Shown here piece by piece: positions 35,110 through 44,250 of a stretch of 64,000 nucleotides of DNA. The DNA is taken from the NCBI GenBank assembly GCA_963422395.1, contig OY729431.1:160001-224000 (forward strand), given 5' to 3'. Each line of letters begins with the position of its first letter. The stretch's first letter is position 1. The notes under the pieces were generated by a model. It saw nothing but the letters and a program-made list of their open reading frames with translations, was not told the origin of the DNA and did no database searches. The translations under genes and the position numbers were made by a program. This stretch comes from Vicinamibacteria bacterium. Its GTDB lineage: Bacteria; Acidobacteriota; Vicinamibacteria; Marinacidobacterales; Marinacidobacteraceae.

Positions 35110-35525
35110 CCGACGCTCACCGGATCTGTGGGCGGTGGCGCCGGTTCGGCGGGGGGCGATTCTGCGGGTTCTGCGGGGCCGGCGGCGGTGAGCGGCAGCT
35201 CGATCAGCCGGGGGCGGTTCTGGGCTCCCACCCGGCGCGGCGGCCCGCAGTCCCAGCGCCGCCCGCGCCCCAGGACCACGCTCGTCTCGTCGAGCCCGGC
35301 CAGCGGGCGCAGGGTGATCGTCGCGGTCATCCGGTCGCGCTGCCGGTCGAAGTCGTCCGCCGGCCCCCCGCGCCCGTCGCGCCATTCGCAGGGGATGCGC
35401 TGGTGGACGGTCTCGGTCCAGCGGGCCGCCCCGGAGGCGGCGTCCGGCGGAGCCGGCGAGCGGAGGATCACGGCGATGCGGGAGTTGAAGCGCTGCGCCA
35501 CCGTGCGGCGCGGGAGCTTGCCCAT
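35106..35525 (-). CDS. Head-closure / head-tail adaptor protein
   Basis: RFNSRIAVI...D..SG...WTE...IPCEW, TATITLR...LDETSVVLGRGRRWD...RLIEL pattern. Confidence 0.65.
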   Translation of the reverse strand: MGKLPRRTVAQRFNSRIAVILRSPAPPDAASGAARWTETVHQRIPCEWRDGRGGPADDFDRQRDRMTATITLRPLAGLDETSVVLGRGRRWDCGPPRRVGAQNRPRLIELPLTAAGPAEPAESPPAEPAPPPTDPVSVG

Positions 35526-35547
35526 CGTTCCGTCTCGCGGCGCCGGA

Positions 35548-36045
35548 TCAGGGCGGGCCCCAGTCGAGGCTCTCGGGTTCGACCGGCTGCACCACATCGA
35601 GGGCCCGGTCGCCGCCGCCGGGGAGGATCGGACCGTAGCGCGCGCCGCTTTCGCGGGCACCCGCCGCCGGCGACTCGATCGTGGCGTCCCAGTGCCCGCC
35701 GCTCGCGGCGGCCGCGACCAGCCGCCCTTCCCAGCTCCCGACCTGGGACCAGTGGACGCCGTCCGGGGACCAGACGGCGCGCACCGCCGCGGGGTAGCCG
35801 GCTCCGGTGTTCCGGGCGATGTCGCGCATCACCGCCCCGGGCAGCCCGCCGAGGCGGATCCGCGCCGACGGCGGCGCCGAAGAACCGGCGGCGGTCGGGG
35901 TGACATCCACCTCGAGCACCAGCCCGCGGGCGGGGCGGTACACCTTCCCGGCGAACTCCAGCTCGGCGTCGCCGGCCCAGAGGTGGACGACTCCCCCCTC
36001 CGACTCCTCAGCTCCGAGCGAAACGAGGTCGGCGCTCAACGGCAT
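35548..36045 (-). CDS. Tail-tip hub / minor tail protein
   Basis: VHLWAGDAELEFAGKVYRP, RIRLGGLP, WEGRL, ends LDWG; GAGG SD. Confidence 0.65.
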   Translation of the reverse strand: MPLSADLVSLGAEESEGGVVHLWAGDAELEFAGKVYRPARGLVLEVDVTPTAAGSSAPPSARIRLGGLPGAVMRDIARNTGAGYPAAVRAVWSPDGVHWSQVGSWEGRLVAAAASGGHWDATIESPAAGARESGARYGPILPGGGDRALDVVQPVEPESLDWGPP

Positions 36046-36254
36046 GTCGCGGTCCTCTGCCGGCGTGGGGACGGGTCGGCGGGTGGGATTCTGTCAGTAG
36101 GGGCGGGTTCGCCGGCGCGCGCGGGTCTGCTACTTTCCGTTTCGTGGAGGACCGAAACTCGACGACGCGGCAGCTCCCGGCAGCAGGGAAGAACGCGATT
36201 CGAGCCCCGGCCTTCGGATTCGAGAGCGCCGCCGGCGGGCGGAGGGGGTGAGTC

Positions 36255-36674
36255 ATGTCGTTTCTGGCCAGCATGGGAACCGGGTATATCTCCGGCAAGG
36301 TGTGGCTGTGGGCCGCCCTCATCACCTGCATGGGCGTTGCGGCCACGCTGCCGGACTGGATGCTCTACCCCACTTTCGTCGCCCTGCCGCTCCTCTACTT
36401 GTGGTCGCTCAGAGCGTCGACGCGGGCGGCTCGGATCGTGCGAGGAGAGGGGGCCGGCGTCCTGGAGACTTTCGATGCCAAGTTGGAGGTCGCGCTCAAG
36501 GTGCCGATCTTCCTCATCGTCTTCTGGGGCGGCAGCGGTGCCATCGCGCTCTTCAAGTCGCAGATGACGGTGTATCTGTGGTGGGCCGCAATTGTGATCT
36601 TCTTCGGCATCTGGATATGGCAGAGGCTGCATTCCGAGGCGGTGGAAGAGGGATACGAAGACGAGTACGACTGA
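36255..36674 (+). CDS. Four-TM membrane protein (moron-like)
   Basis: Four hydrophobic segments, acidic tail, own SD, visibly lower GC. Confidence 0.7.
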   Translation: MSFLASMGTGYISGKVWLWAALITCMGVAATLPDWMLYPTFVALPLLYLWSLRASTRAARIVRGEGAGVLETFDAKLEVALKVPIFLIVFWGGSGAIALFKSQMTVYLWWAAIVIFFGIWIWQRLHSEAVEEGYEDEYD

Positions 36675-36720
36675 TCCCTGAGCCGCCGGCCGCTCGGGGG
36701 TTTCCGGTTACGCTACGGCG

Positions 36721-36963
36721 ATGGTTTCCTCCGAATGGTTCCAGCTCGCCGCGGTCGTCACCATCGTCGGGGCGGGGCTCGCGGTGGTCCGGTCTTTCTG
36801 GCGGCTCGAGCTGGCCTTGCAGAAGCAACTGACCGAGCTCTCCACCGCGATCTCGCACCTCGCGGATGTCGTCCTGGATATCCGCAAGGAGCAGCGGCTG
36901 CTGCTCCGCGACCGCGAGCGCGATGTCGGGCGCCGGGAGGCGCTGGCCGCCACCCACAAATAG
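36721..36963 (+). CDS. Small single-TM coiled-coil protein (holin/antiholin-like)
   Basis: N-terminal TM followed by a heptad pattern; TACGCT -10-like box 6 nt upstream of the ATG. Confidence 0.6.
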   Translation: MVSSEWFQLAAVVTIVGAGLAVVRSFWRLELALQKQLTELSTAISHLADVVLDIRKEQRLLLRDRERDVGRREALAATHK

Positions 36964-37001
36964 AGCCGGAGCGCCGGGCCGGGGAAGTCAGCCCGGCGAA
37001 G

Positions 37002-37418
37002 TCAGAGGCCGAGCCGCTCGGCCATCCGGCCCAGCGCGCGCTCGACGGCGGCTTCCCCCGAGTGCTCGACCGCCTGCTCCGCCCAGCGGTTGCCGGCGAC
37101 CGGCCCCGCCCGGTGGTGGGTGAAGCCGCGCGAGGTCCAGATTCCCTGCGGCGCCATCTTCACCGAGGCGCGCGCCACCGACGGGTCGCGGCTGCGCCCG
37201 GCCTGGACGCGCACGCTCCGGGCGAGCGGGATTTCGGCGCCGATGCTCGACTTCGCCCGCGGCCGCCGCTGCCGGGGAGCGGCGCGGCGCACCGCCCGCG
37301 CCAGCTCGACCGCCCCGGCCCGCGCCGCCGCCCGCATCACCCGCCGCCCCGCGCGCCGGTCCAGCCGCGAAAGCTCCGCCTGCAGTTCCGCCGCCCCGGA
37401 GAGTTGCGCGTCGAGCAC
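37002..37418 (-). CDS. HK97 gp10-family neck/tail component
   Basis: AQLSGAAELQAEL..L....RRVMRAAARAGA..LA..VRRAAP...LARSV...RGFT.....GNRWAEQAVE. Confidence 0.75.
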   Translation of the reverse strand: MLDAQLSGAAELQAELSRLDRRAGRRVMRAAARAGAVELARAVRRAAPRQRRPRAKSSIGAEIPLARSVRVQAGRSRDPSVARASVKMAPQGIWTSRGFTHHRAGPVAGNRWAEQAVEHSGEAAVERALGRMAERLGL

Positions 37419-37505
37419 CGGAGGAGGGTACCCGGGGCGGGCGGCGGGGTGTCCGGCCCGCCGGGGCGGGTGACGGGCGGCGGGTAGCGGGTACCGTTTC
37501 GGGTC

Positions 37506-39488
37506 GTGGCCGCCCCGAAGAACCGCCGCCTGGTCGTCGACCTCGTCGCCCGGACCTCGAAGTTCACCAGCGGCCTCGACCGCAGCCGGAAGTCCCTCGA
37601 CAAGTTCCAGCGGAGTTCCCGTGGGTTGAAGGGGGAGCTGGAAGGGATCGATTTCAAGGAGGTGGCGGAGGGTGTGACCGCTTTCGCCCGGGGCGCCGTG
37701 GAAGCCCTCGAAAAGGCGGCGTCTTTCGGCGACACCCTCGCCAAGCTCTCCGACCAGACCGGCTTCTCGGTCGAGCGGATCCAGGGGATGCGCCACGCCT
37801 TCGAGCTGGGCGGGCAGTCGGTCGAGCGGACCGACGAGGCGCTGAAGAAGTTCACCGTCAAGCTCGGCGAGATGAAGGCCGGGACCGGCGAAGTCGTCTC
37901 CGGCCTGGAAAAGCTGGACCCGAAGCTCCTCGATCAACTGCAGCGGGTGAAGGACGGTTCCGAAGCCTGGGATGTGCTCATCCGGCGGGTGGGCGAATAC
38001 GACACCGCTACCGAGAAGGCGGCGACGCTCAAACTGTTCGTGGGCGAGCGCCGGGCGACCGAGCTGGCGCGGGCACTCGAAGGCGGCGTCGAGGCCATCG
38101 ACGCGGCGACCGCGAAACTGCGCGGCGCCGGCATCCTCATCGACGAGAAGGCGGCGGCGCGCGCCGAGGAGCTGGCCGACAAGCTGACCGAGATGCGGAC
38201 GACCTGGCAGGCGGGCTTCTCCCAGGCGATCCTCCAGAACTCGGACCGGATCATGGAGGTTCTGAAAGACATCGAGAGGATCATGCCGGGGATCGTCAGG
38301 CAGCTGACGGCGGTGGTCGAGAAGTTCGCTGCGGTGCTCGGCCCGCTGCTCGCGGACGATTTCCGCGGCTCGCTGATGCGGATCGCGGCCTTGACCGCCG
38401 GCGGATACGGCGTCACCAAACATCCCGCCGGCGCCATCGGCGGTGCGGCCATCGGTGTCGTGGTGGAATCCGGGAGCATTCTGGATGACGTCGAGGAATG
38501 GTTCAGGGACATGTATGAGCGCGACAGGATTCACACCGAGGCTTATGTGAGGGATATGTTCGGCGGATCCGGAAGTGCAGAAGCGGCATTCGCCGAGAAA
38601 ACAGAAAAGATGGATGAACGGCTCCGGCAGTTCGCGCGGGATTTGGAGAATCGGGGCGGCCCTCTGAATTCGATCGTCGAGCCGTTGGCCGATGGAATCG
38701 CGGACGCCGCCGCGGCGAGAGTCGAAGCGGAGCTCGCCCAGGCGGAGCTCGCCCAGGCGGCCCTCGCCCCGCCTCGAATCCAGCGCCCGGCCCCGCTGCC
38801 TCTGCCGGAGATCCCGGCGCGCGTTCCGCTCACTCTGCCCGAGGAGTGGCTCCGCCCGGAGAAGCCGCCGGAGAAGAGCTGGGCGGAGCTGATGCGGCAC
38901 CCGGCGGTGGCGGCGCTCGCGAGTGTCGAGCCGCCTTCGCCGCCGCCGCCGGAGGCGCGGGAATGGCTCGCCGACCTGCTCCGGGAGCAGGAGGAGTTCC
39001 TCGCCCAGCAGGAGCGGATCCGGGAGTCGATCCGCTCCTTCGGCGACGCCTTCGACGACGCGCTCCACGACGCGATCCTCGGCACCGAGAGCCTGACGGA
39101 CGCGCTGAAGGAGCTGGGCCGCACGATCGCCTCCGACCTCCTGCGGAACTTCGTCACCGGTCCGATCTCCGACTTCCTGTCTTCGTGGATCTCGGGGAGC
39201 CTCGCCTCCCCCGTTTCCACCTTGCCGGCGGGCGGTTCCTGGAACCTCCGCCCGGTCGCGCCGAACTGGTCGCCCTCCGGGAGCAGCCTGATCGGCCGCT
39301 CTTCGGCACCGCCGGTGACCGTCGGGCCCATCAACCTGAGCGTCCAGTCCACCGACGGGCCGGGGGTCACCCGCGCGCTGCTCACCGCCGAGCCCCACTT
39401 GACGCGGGCGGCGCACGACGGGGTGCTCACCGCCATCCAGGAGCCGGGGCCGATGCGCGCGGCGGTCGCCGACGCCGCCCGCTACTGA
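37506..39488 (+). CDS. Tail tape measure protein (660 aa)
   Basis: RRLVVDLVARTSKFTSGLD; LAKLSDQTGFSVERIQGMRHAFELGG; helical body; C-terminal SFGDAFDDAL..AILG..SLTDALKEL and VTVGPINLSVQ. Confidence 0.88.
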   Translation: MAAPKNRRLVVDLVARTSKFTSGLDRSRKSLDKFQRSSRGLKGELEGIDFKEVAEGVTAFARGAVEALEKAASFGDTLAKLSDQTGFSVERIQGMRHAFELGGQSVERTDEALKKFTVKLGEMKAGTGEVVSGLEKLDPKLLDQLQRVKDGSEAWDVLIRRVGEYDTATEKAATLKLFVGERRATELARALEGGVEAIDAATAKLRGAGILIDEKAAARAEELADKLTEMRTTWQAGFSQAILQNSDRIMEVLKDIERIMPGIVRQLTAVVEKFAAVLGPLLADDFRGSLMRIAALTAGGYGVTKHPAGAIGGAAIGVVVESGSILDDVEEWFRDMYERDRIHTEAYVRDMFGGSGSAEAAFAEKTEKMDERLRQFARDLENRGGPLNSIVEPLADGIADAAAARVEAELAQAELAQAALAPPRIQRPAPLPLPEIPARVPLTLPEEWLRPEKPPEKSWAELMRHPAVAALASVEPPSPPPPEAREWLADLLREQEEFLAQQERIRESIRSFGDAFDDALHDAILGTESLTDALKELGRTIASDLLRNFVTGPISDFLSSWISGSLASPVSTLPAGGSWNLRPVAPNWSPSGSSLIGRSSAPPVTVGPINLSVQSTDGPGVTRALLTAEPHLTRAAHDGVLTAIQEPGPMRAAVADAARY

Positions 39489-39518
39489 CAGCCTGTCTGT
39501 GGTCGACCTGCTCACGCG

Positions 39519-40190
39519 ATGATCGTCCCGAGGAACTGGCGCACGCTCGCCGACGCCTGGATCGTGGACCGCGCCACCATGGTGGACCGGCTCCGCGCCG
39601 ACGCTGCCGACCGCGCCGCCGTCGAGGCCTCGGTCGAAGCCGCCGAGACCAGCGTCGAGACGCTGTGCGGCGGCCCGCTCCGTCTCGCCGAAGTGGTGGT
39701 GCGGCTGCCGCGCGGGGAGAGCCTGACCGCCGGTCCGCTGCACCTTCGCGGCGGCCCGCTCCGGCACCTGATCCGGATCGAGGCGGAGGCGGCGTCCGCC
39801 GGCAGACCTTCCCTCACTCCGACCGCCCTCGCGTCGCTCCGTCGGGAAGGGGACCCCGAGGTGAAGCCCGCCGAAGCCGGCTACCACTGGAGCGGCCAGA
39901 CGATGATCGGCCCCGGCGGCGGCGCGGTGCGCCTCGCCTGGGTGCAGCGCTGGCGCGGGCAGGTCCCGCACTTTTCCGAACTCGATCTCTCCGGTCTCGG
40001 GGAGCCGTCGGGCTTCTCCGCCTTCACGCTCTACGCGCAGGTCGGCTGGGCCTCCGGCGAGCAGCCGGGCCCGATCCGCGAAGCGGCCATCCTGCTCGCG
40101 AGCCACGCCTACGACGGGGCGAGCGGAGAGGCCGCGACCCGCGCCGCCGAGCGGCTGTTGGAGCCGTTCACCGCGGCCTGGACCGCGTGA
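39519..40190 (+). CDS. Head-tail connector (gp6-like, long type)
   Basis: VDRATMVDRLRAD..D...VEASVEAA..SVETLCG.PL; C-terminal VGW....PGPIREAAILLASHAYD. Confidence 0.72.
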   Translation: MIVPRNWRTLADAWIVDRATMVDRLRADAADRAAVEASVEAAETSVETLCGGPLRLAEVVVRLPRGESLTAGPLHLRGGPLRHLIRIEAEAASAGRPSLTPTALASLRREGDPEVKPAEAGYHWSGQTMIGPGGGAVRLAWVQRWRGQVPHFSELDLSGLGEPSGFSAFTLYAQVGWASGEQPGPIREAAILLASHAYDGASGEAATRAAERLLEPFTAAWTA

Positions 40191-40310
40191 TGATCCGGTC
40201 GGCACTACCCCCCCGGGGGGGTGAAAGGTCGGGCGCACGGCACGCGAAACCGCGCCCAACCTCCGCTTTCACGGATGTTCGCTCGAGCGGCGGCCAGCCA
40301 ATGCGATTTC

Positions 40311-40572
40311 CGTTGATACTCTCGGGATTCCGCCGCATTGCCCCGGAGTTCGCCGGAGATCGCCGCTCTCGGGGGAACCGCCCGGCCCCGCGCCCCGGCG
40401 CCGGCCCGGCGCGGAATGCCGTGAATTCGTTGCGGCTCTCGGAGATTGCCGCCCTCGCCAGCGGCGGATTTCCGCCGTCCCCGCCGCCCGGCCCGCCCTC
40501 TTCCGAGCGCGGTTTCTCCGCACGCTTGTTCGCCCATTCCCCCGATGGAAACCGTTGCGGCTCTCGGGGATT
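40311..40572 (+). repeat. Three dispersed 19-20-bp direct repeats CGTTG(CGG/ATA)CTCTCGG(N)GATT
   Basis: Copies at 40311-40329, 40428-40447 and 40553-40572 (last two 19/20 identical), in a roughly 490-bp non-coding gap. Confidence 0.7.
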
Positions 40573-40683
40573 TCTGGAAGGCGCTTCCAGCGGCGCTCCG
40601 GCGGGAGTTCGCTTTTTCGCGGTTTGCGGAAAAATGTTCCCCGTGCCGCAAAAGCCGCCGGTCGCGCGGGAGGCCGTCCCTCG

Positions 40684-41061
40684 ATGACTGCGGAACCGTC
40701 TTGCCCGCCGCCGAGCTTCCGGCCCCGGTCGCGTCTCGCCGCCGCCGTGACCCACATCCTGGTCGCCGGCGCGGCGCTCGGGATCGCCGTCTGGATCGAG
40801 AACGAGAGCTTCCTGGTGGAAGCGCATCCCTGGCGCCTGCTCCGCGCCACCTCGGTTCTCGCCTGGCGCGCGGTGTGTGCGGTCTCGCTCTGGCGGATCG
40901 TGGACACCTGGCTGCTGCCGTGGATCTCGCTTCGCGCGGTGGTCTTCGGGGAGCGCGGCTGGGCGGAGGTCGAGCCGCGGACACGGGCGGCGGTCGCCGG
41001 CGTCTGGGCGGCCGCCCCGCACCTCTGGGTGCTCGCGTTCGTGCTGGCGAGCCCCATCTGA
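40684..41061 (+). CDS. Putative holin (2-3 TM)
   Basis: GGGAGG SD; 125 aa with three hydrophobic segments; SLWRIVDTWLLPWISL resembles holins found beside SLT endolysins. Confidence 0.55.
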   Translation: MTAEPSCPPPSFRPRSRLAAAVTHILVAGAALGIAVWIENESFLVEAHPWRLLRATSVLAWRAVCAVSLWRIVDTWLLPWISLRAVVFGERGWAEVEPRTRAAVAGVWAAAPHLWVLAFVLASPI

Positions 41062-42851
41062 CGGCAGGCGTCCGGGCGGGGAGCGTTCCGACGGCAGGGG
41101 TCCGGACGAAAGGGATTCCGTCAACAGGGATTCCGGCAACAGGGATTCCGACAGGGGGCGGGCTGACCCGCGATTGGAGCGCCGAGGCCGCCGCCTACGC
41201 CGCGGCGGTGGACCGGGGGGTCTGGGTCCGGCCGGTGGGCCGCTTCGAGGTCGCCCGCTGCCGCCGCTTCCTCGCCGGCTCGAAGCGCTGGACCTTCCGC
41301 CCGGCCGCCGCCAACCACGCCGTCGAGTGGATCTCCCGGACGCCGCATGTGGTCGGCGCCTGGCCGACCCCGCTCCTCGAACTCGCCCCCTGGCAGATCC
41401 TCACTCTCGTCGAGCTGTTCGGCTGGGCGGACCCCGAGACCGGCGAGCGGCGCTTCACCCAGGCCTACATCAGCACCGCCCGCGCCAACGGGAAGACCTC
41501 GCTGGCCGCGCTGATCGGCCTCTACGAGTTCGTCTCCTCACCTCCGGGCGCGCGGGTGGTCTCGGTCGCCACCACCCAGCAGCAGGCGCAGATGGTGGTG
41601 GACATCGCCAGCGAGGTGGTTCGGCATCCGCGGAGCGCCTGGATCGTCCGCGACCACGGCCTCGTCGCGCGGGCGAGCCGCCTCGAACGCCGTGCCTCCG
41701 GCGAGATGCGCGCCCTGGCCTCGCGCCGAACCTCGCTCGAAGGGCTCGTCGGGCTCCGCCTCGGAATCGTGGACGAGATGGCCTCCCACGGGAACGACGG
41801 GGTGCTCAAGGTCATGGAGTCGGGGCGGGGCAAGATGGCCGACACCTGGACGCTCGTCACCACCACCGCCGGCGAGAACGCCGAAGGTCCGGGCTACGAC
41901 CACGACCGCGCCTGCCGCACGGTGCTCACCGGCGACCAGGAGGGCCCCTGGGCCGAGACCCAGTATGTGGTGGTCTGCGCCCTCGACAAGGAAGACGACC
42001 CGCTCGACCCCACCGTCTGGGAGAAGGCGGCCCCGCTCCTCGGCTCTTCCGCCCCGCTCCGCCGCATCTACCGGCAGGAGGCGGACAAGGCGGCCCGCTT
42101 CCCCGGCGACCGCGTCGAGTTCGAGATGAAGCGGGTGAACCGTTGGCGCCGGGCGGCCGCCGCCTGGATCGACCGCGACCTGTGGGCGCGGTGCGCCGAC
42201 GAGACGGTCTCCTGGGAGGCGATCCAGGGAGGGCCGGTCTCCGTCGGCGGCGACCTCGCCGGGCGCCAGGACATCACCGCCATCGCCGCCTGCTGGTTCC
42301 GCGGCCAGACGCCGCTTCTCGCCTTCCGGCTCTACCTGCCCGAAGAGTCCATCCCGAAGCTGGCCGATGGCCGCCCCTGGATCCGCGACTGGGTAGAGTC
42401 TGGCCACCTCGTTCTGACTCCCGGCGACTGGATCGACCATGCCTTCATCCTCCGGGATCTGCGCGAGCTCGAAAGCCGCGCCACCATCTTCAAGTGCTAT
42501 CTGGACCAGTACTCGGGCGCCGCGTCGCTCGCCGTCGAGCTGACCGAATCGGGGATCGAGACGCAGCTGCTGGCGAAGACCGCCCGCAACTACGGGACGG
42601 CGTCGCTCGACTTCGAGGCGCGGATCAACACCCGCCGGTTGGCGCACGACGGCAACCCGTGCGCCGCCTGGATGGTCGGTAACGCGGTGGTGGACCGCCG
42701 GATCGACGGTTCGATCCTGCCGAAGAAGGTGTCGGCGGCGTCGCGGGAGAAAATCGACGCGGTGGACGCGGCCATCCTCGCGCTCATCGCCGCGAGCGAT
42801 GTCGATCTGCTCGGCGCCAGCGGCGGCGACGAGCAGGCGATGGTGGTCTGA
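41058..42851 (+). CDS. terL: Terminase large subunit (HK97-like; start uncertain, CTG 41058 or 41163)
   Basis: LELAPWQ, RRFTQAYISTARANGKTSLAA, GIVDEM, VTTTAG, GGDLAGRQDITA, HDGNPCAAWMVGN, KIDAVDA. Confidence 0.93.
   Translation: MTAGVRAGSVPTAGVRTKGIPSTGIPATGIPTGGGLTRDWSAEAAAYAAAVDRGVWVRPVGRFEVARCRRFLAGSKRWTFRPAAANHAVEWISRTPHVVGAWPTPLLELAPWQILTLVELFGWADPETGERRFTQAYISTARANGKTSLAALIGLYEFVSSPPGARVVSVATTQQQAQMVVDIASEVVRHPRSAWIVRDHGLVARASRLERRASGEMRALASRRTSLEGLVGLRLGIVDEMASHGNDGVLKVMESGRGKMADTWTLVTTTAGENAEGPGYDHDRACRTVLTGDQEGPWAETQYVVVCALDKEDDPLDPTVWEKAAPLLGSSAPLRRIYRQEADKAARFPGDRVEFEMKRVNRWRRAAAAWIDRDLWARCADETVSWEAIQGGPVSVGGDLAGRQDITAIAACWFRGQTPLLAFRLYLPEESIPKLADGRPWIRDWVESGHLVLTPGDWIDHAFILRDLRELESRATIFKCYLDQYSGAASLAVELTESGIETQLLAKTARNYGTASLDFEARINTRRLAHDGNPCAAWMVGNAVVDRRIDGSILPKKVSAASREKIDAVDAAILALIAASDVDLLGASGGDEQAMVV
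41061..41150 (+). repeat. Degenerate 15-bp tandem repeat (about 6 units, consensus near NCAACAGGGATTCCG)
   Basis: AGGGATTCCG recurs three times at period 15, preceded by three degenerate units. Confidence 0.7.
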
Positions 42852-42862
42852 CCCTCCGAGAC

Positions 42863-44086
42863 ATGCCGACCCTCTTCGAACGCATCCGCGGCCGCTGGCC
42901 CTGGAATGACCGGGCCTCTCCAGAGAGCGGGGAGGCCGAAGAGCGGGTGGATGCCGGGGGCCCTCCGACGACGCTGTTCGGCAGCGCCGGGGTAGAGGAG
43001 GTGCTCCGCACCGACATCGGCTGGCGGGCGATCTCGGTGAACGCCGGCTCGCTCGCCGCCCTGCGCCTGCGCCATGTGTCGCTCGACGACCGGGGCGAGG
43101 AGGCCGCCCCGATCCCTGGCTCGCGCCTCCAGGCGATCCTCGACGAGCCCTCGCCGGGCACCCTGCAGGCCGACTGGCTGGCGCTGATCTCGGAGCAGCT
43201 CGACACCGAGGGCGAGGCGCTGGTCTTCATCCACCGCGACCGCCGCGCCCGGCCGCGCGAGCTCGAAGTGCTGCGCAGCCTCGAGAGCCAGGCGGAGCGC
43301 ATCGAGACGCCCCAGGGGAAGGTGCGCTGGCGGCTGCGGCTCCGCCGCGGCCGGACGCCGGTGACCTGCGACCACGGCGATGTGATCCACATCCGCGGTC
43401 CGCACTGGGGCCGCGGCCCGTTCGGCGGCGCCGCTCGGCCGGGGAGCTTCGCCGCCGGCACCGCCGCCCGCACCCATGCCGACGCGGTGACGCGGCTGCG
43501 CGAACTCTCCCGTTCGGCGGCTCTCCACGCCCGCACCTCGCTGCGCGGCGAGGCGCTCTCCAAGCTGGGAGAGCAGTACCGGCGGAACGAGCGCCGCGAC
43601 CTGCGCTTCCTCGGTGCCGGGATCGATGCGATCTCCCCTACCGGCCCGCAGGCGGGCGACAAGCTGCTGCTCGAAATCTCCGAGTTCGCCGGCCGCCAGC
43701 TCGCGACGGTGTACGGCGTTCCGTTGCTGTTGCTCGGCACCGGCGCCGCCGGCAGCTCGGCGCTCGGCGCCGGCGGCATCCACGAGCTGGCCGCCGCCTA
43801 CGAGCGCTGGACCCTGCGCCCCCGGCGGCTCCGCATCGAGGCCGCGCTGGAACAGCGGGTGCTCCGCAACCGCCGGGGGCCGGGAATGGAGGGCGTCCGC
43901 TTCGAGGCGGCGGCGGAGGTCCAGACCCCGACCGAGAAGGCGCAGGTGACCGAGGCGCTGGCGGCGAAGGCCGGCATCCTCACCCGCGACGAGGCCCGCG
44001 CCCGCCACGGCTACGCCCCGCTCGGCGGCGCCGCCGGGCACGAAGTGGCGCGTCCGGCGGGCACCCCGGGACCCTCTCCGGCCTGA
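42863..44086 (+). CDS. Portal protein (divergent HK97-type)
   Basis: Between terL and the protease; WRAISVNAGSLAAL, ILDEPSP, EGEALVFI, DVIHIRG, QLATVYGVPLLLLG, GILTRDEARARHGYAPL. Confidence 0.85.
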   Translation: MPTLFERIRGRWPWNDRASPESGEAEERVDAGGPPTTLFGSAGVEEVLRTDIGWRAISVNAGSLAALRLRHVSLDDRGEEAAPIPGSRLQAILDEPSPGTLQADWLALISEQLDTEGEALVFIHRDRRARPRELEVLRSLESQAERIETPQGKVRWRLRLRRGRTPVTCDHGDVIHIRGPHWGRGPFGGAARPGSFAAGTAARTHADAVTRLRELSRSAALHARTSLRGEALSKLGEQYRRNERRDLRFLGAGIDAISPTGPQAGDKLLLEISEFAGRQLATVYGVPLLLLGTGAAGSSALGAGGIHELAAAYERWTLRPRRLRIEAALEQRVLRNRRGPGMEGVRFEAAAEVQTPTEKAQVTEALAAKAGILTRDEARARHGYAPLGGAAGHEVARPAGTPGPSPA

Positions 44087-44250
44087 CCTGCCCTCCGGCG
44101 GCGGGGGAAACCGCCGCCCGCCGGCGGGAGCCGCCCTTCGCGGGGAACCGGACGAATTCCGCCGGGGGGTATTTCCGTCGACTCCCTCGGGCCGCTTCCG
44201 TTGCCCTATGATCCTTATCGGACAGCGGCGCTACTGGACACCCCTCCGCC

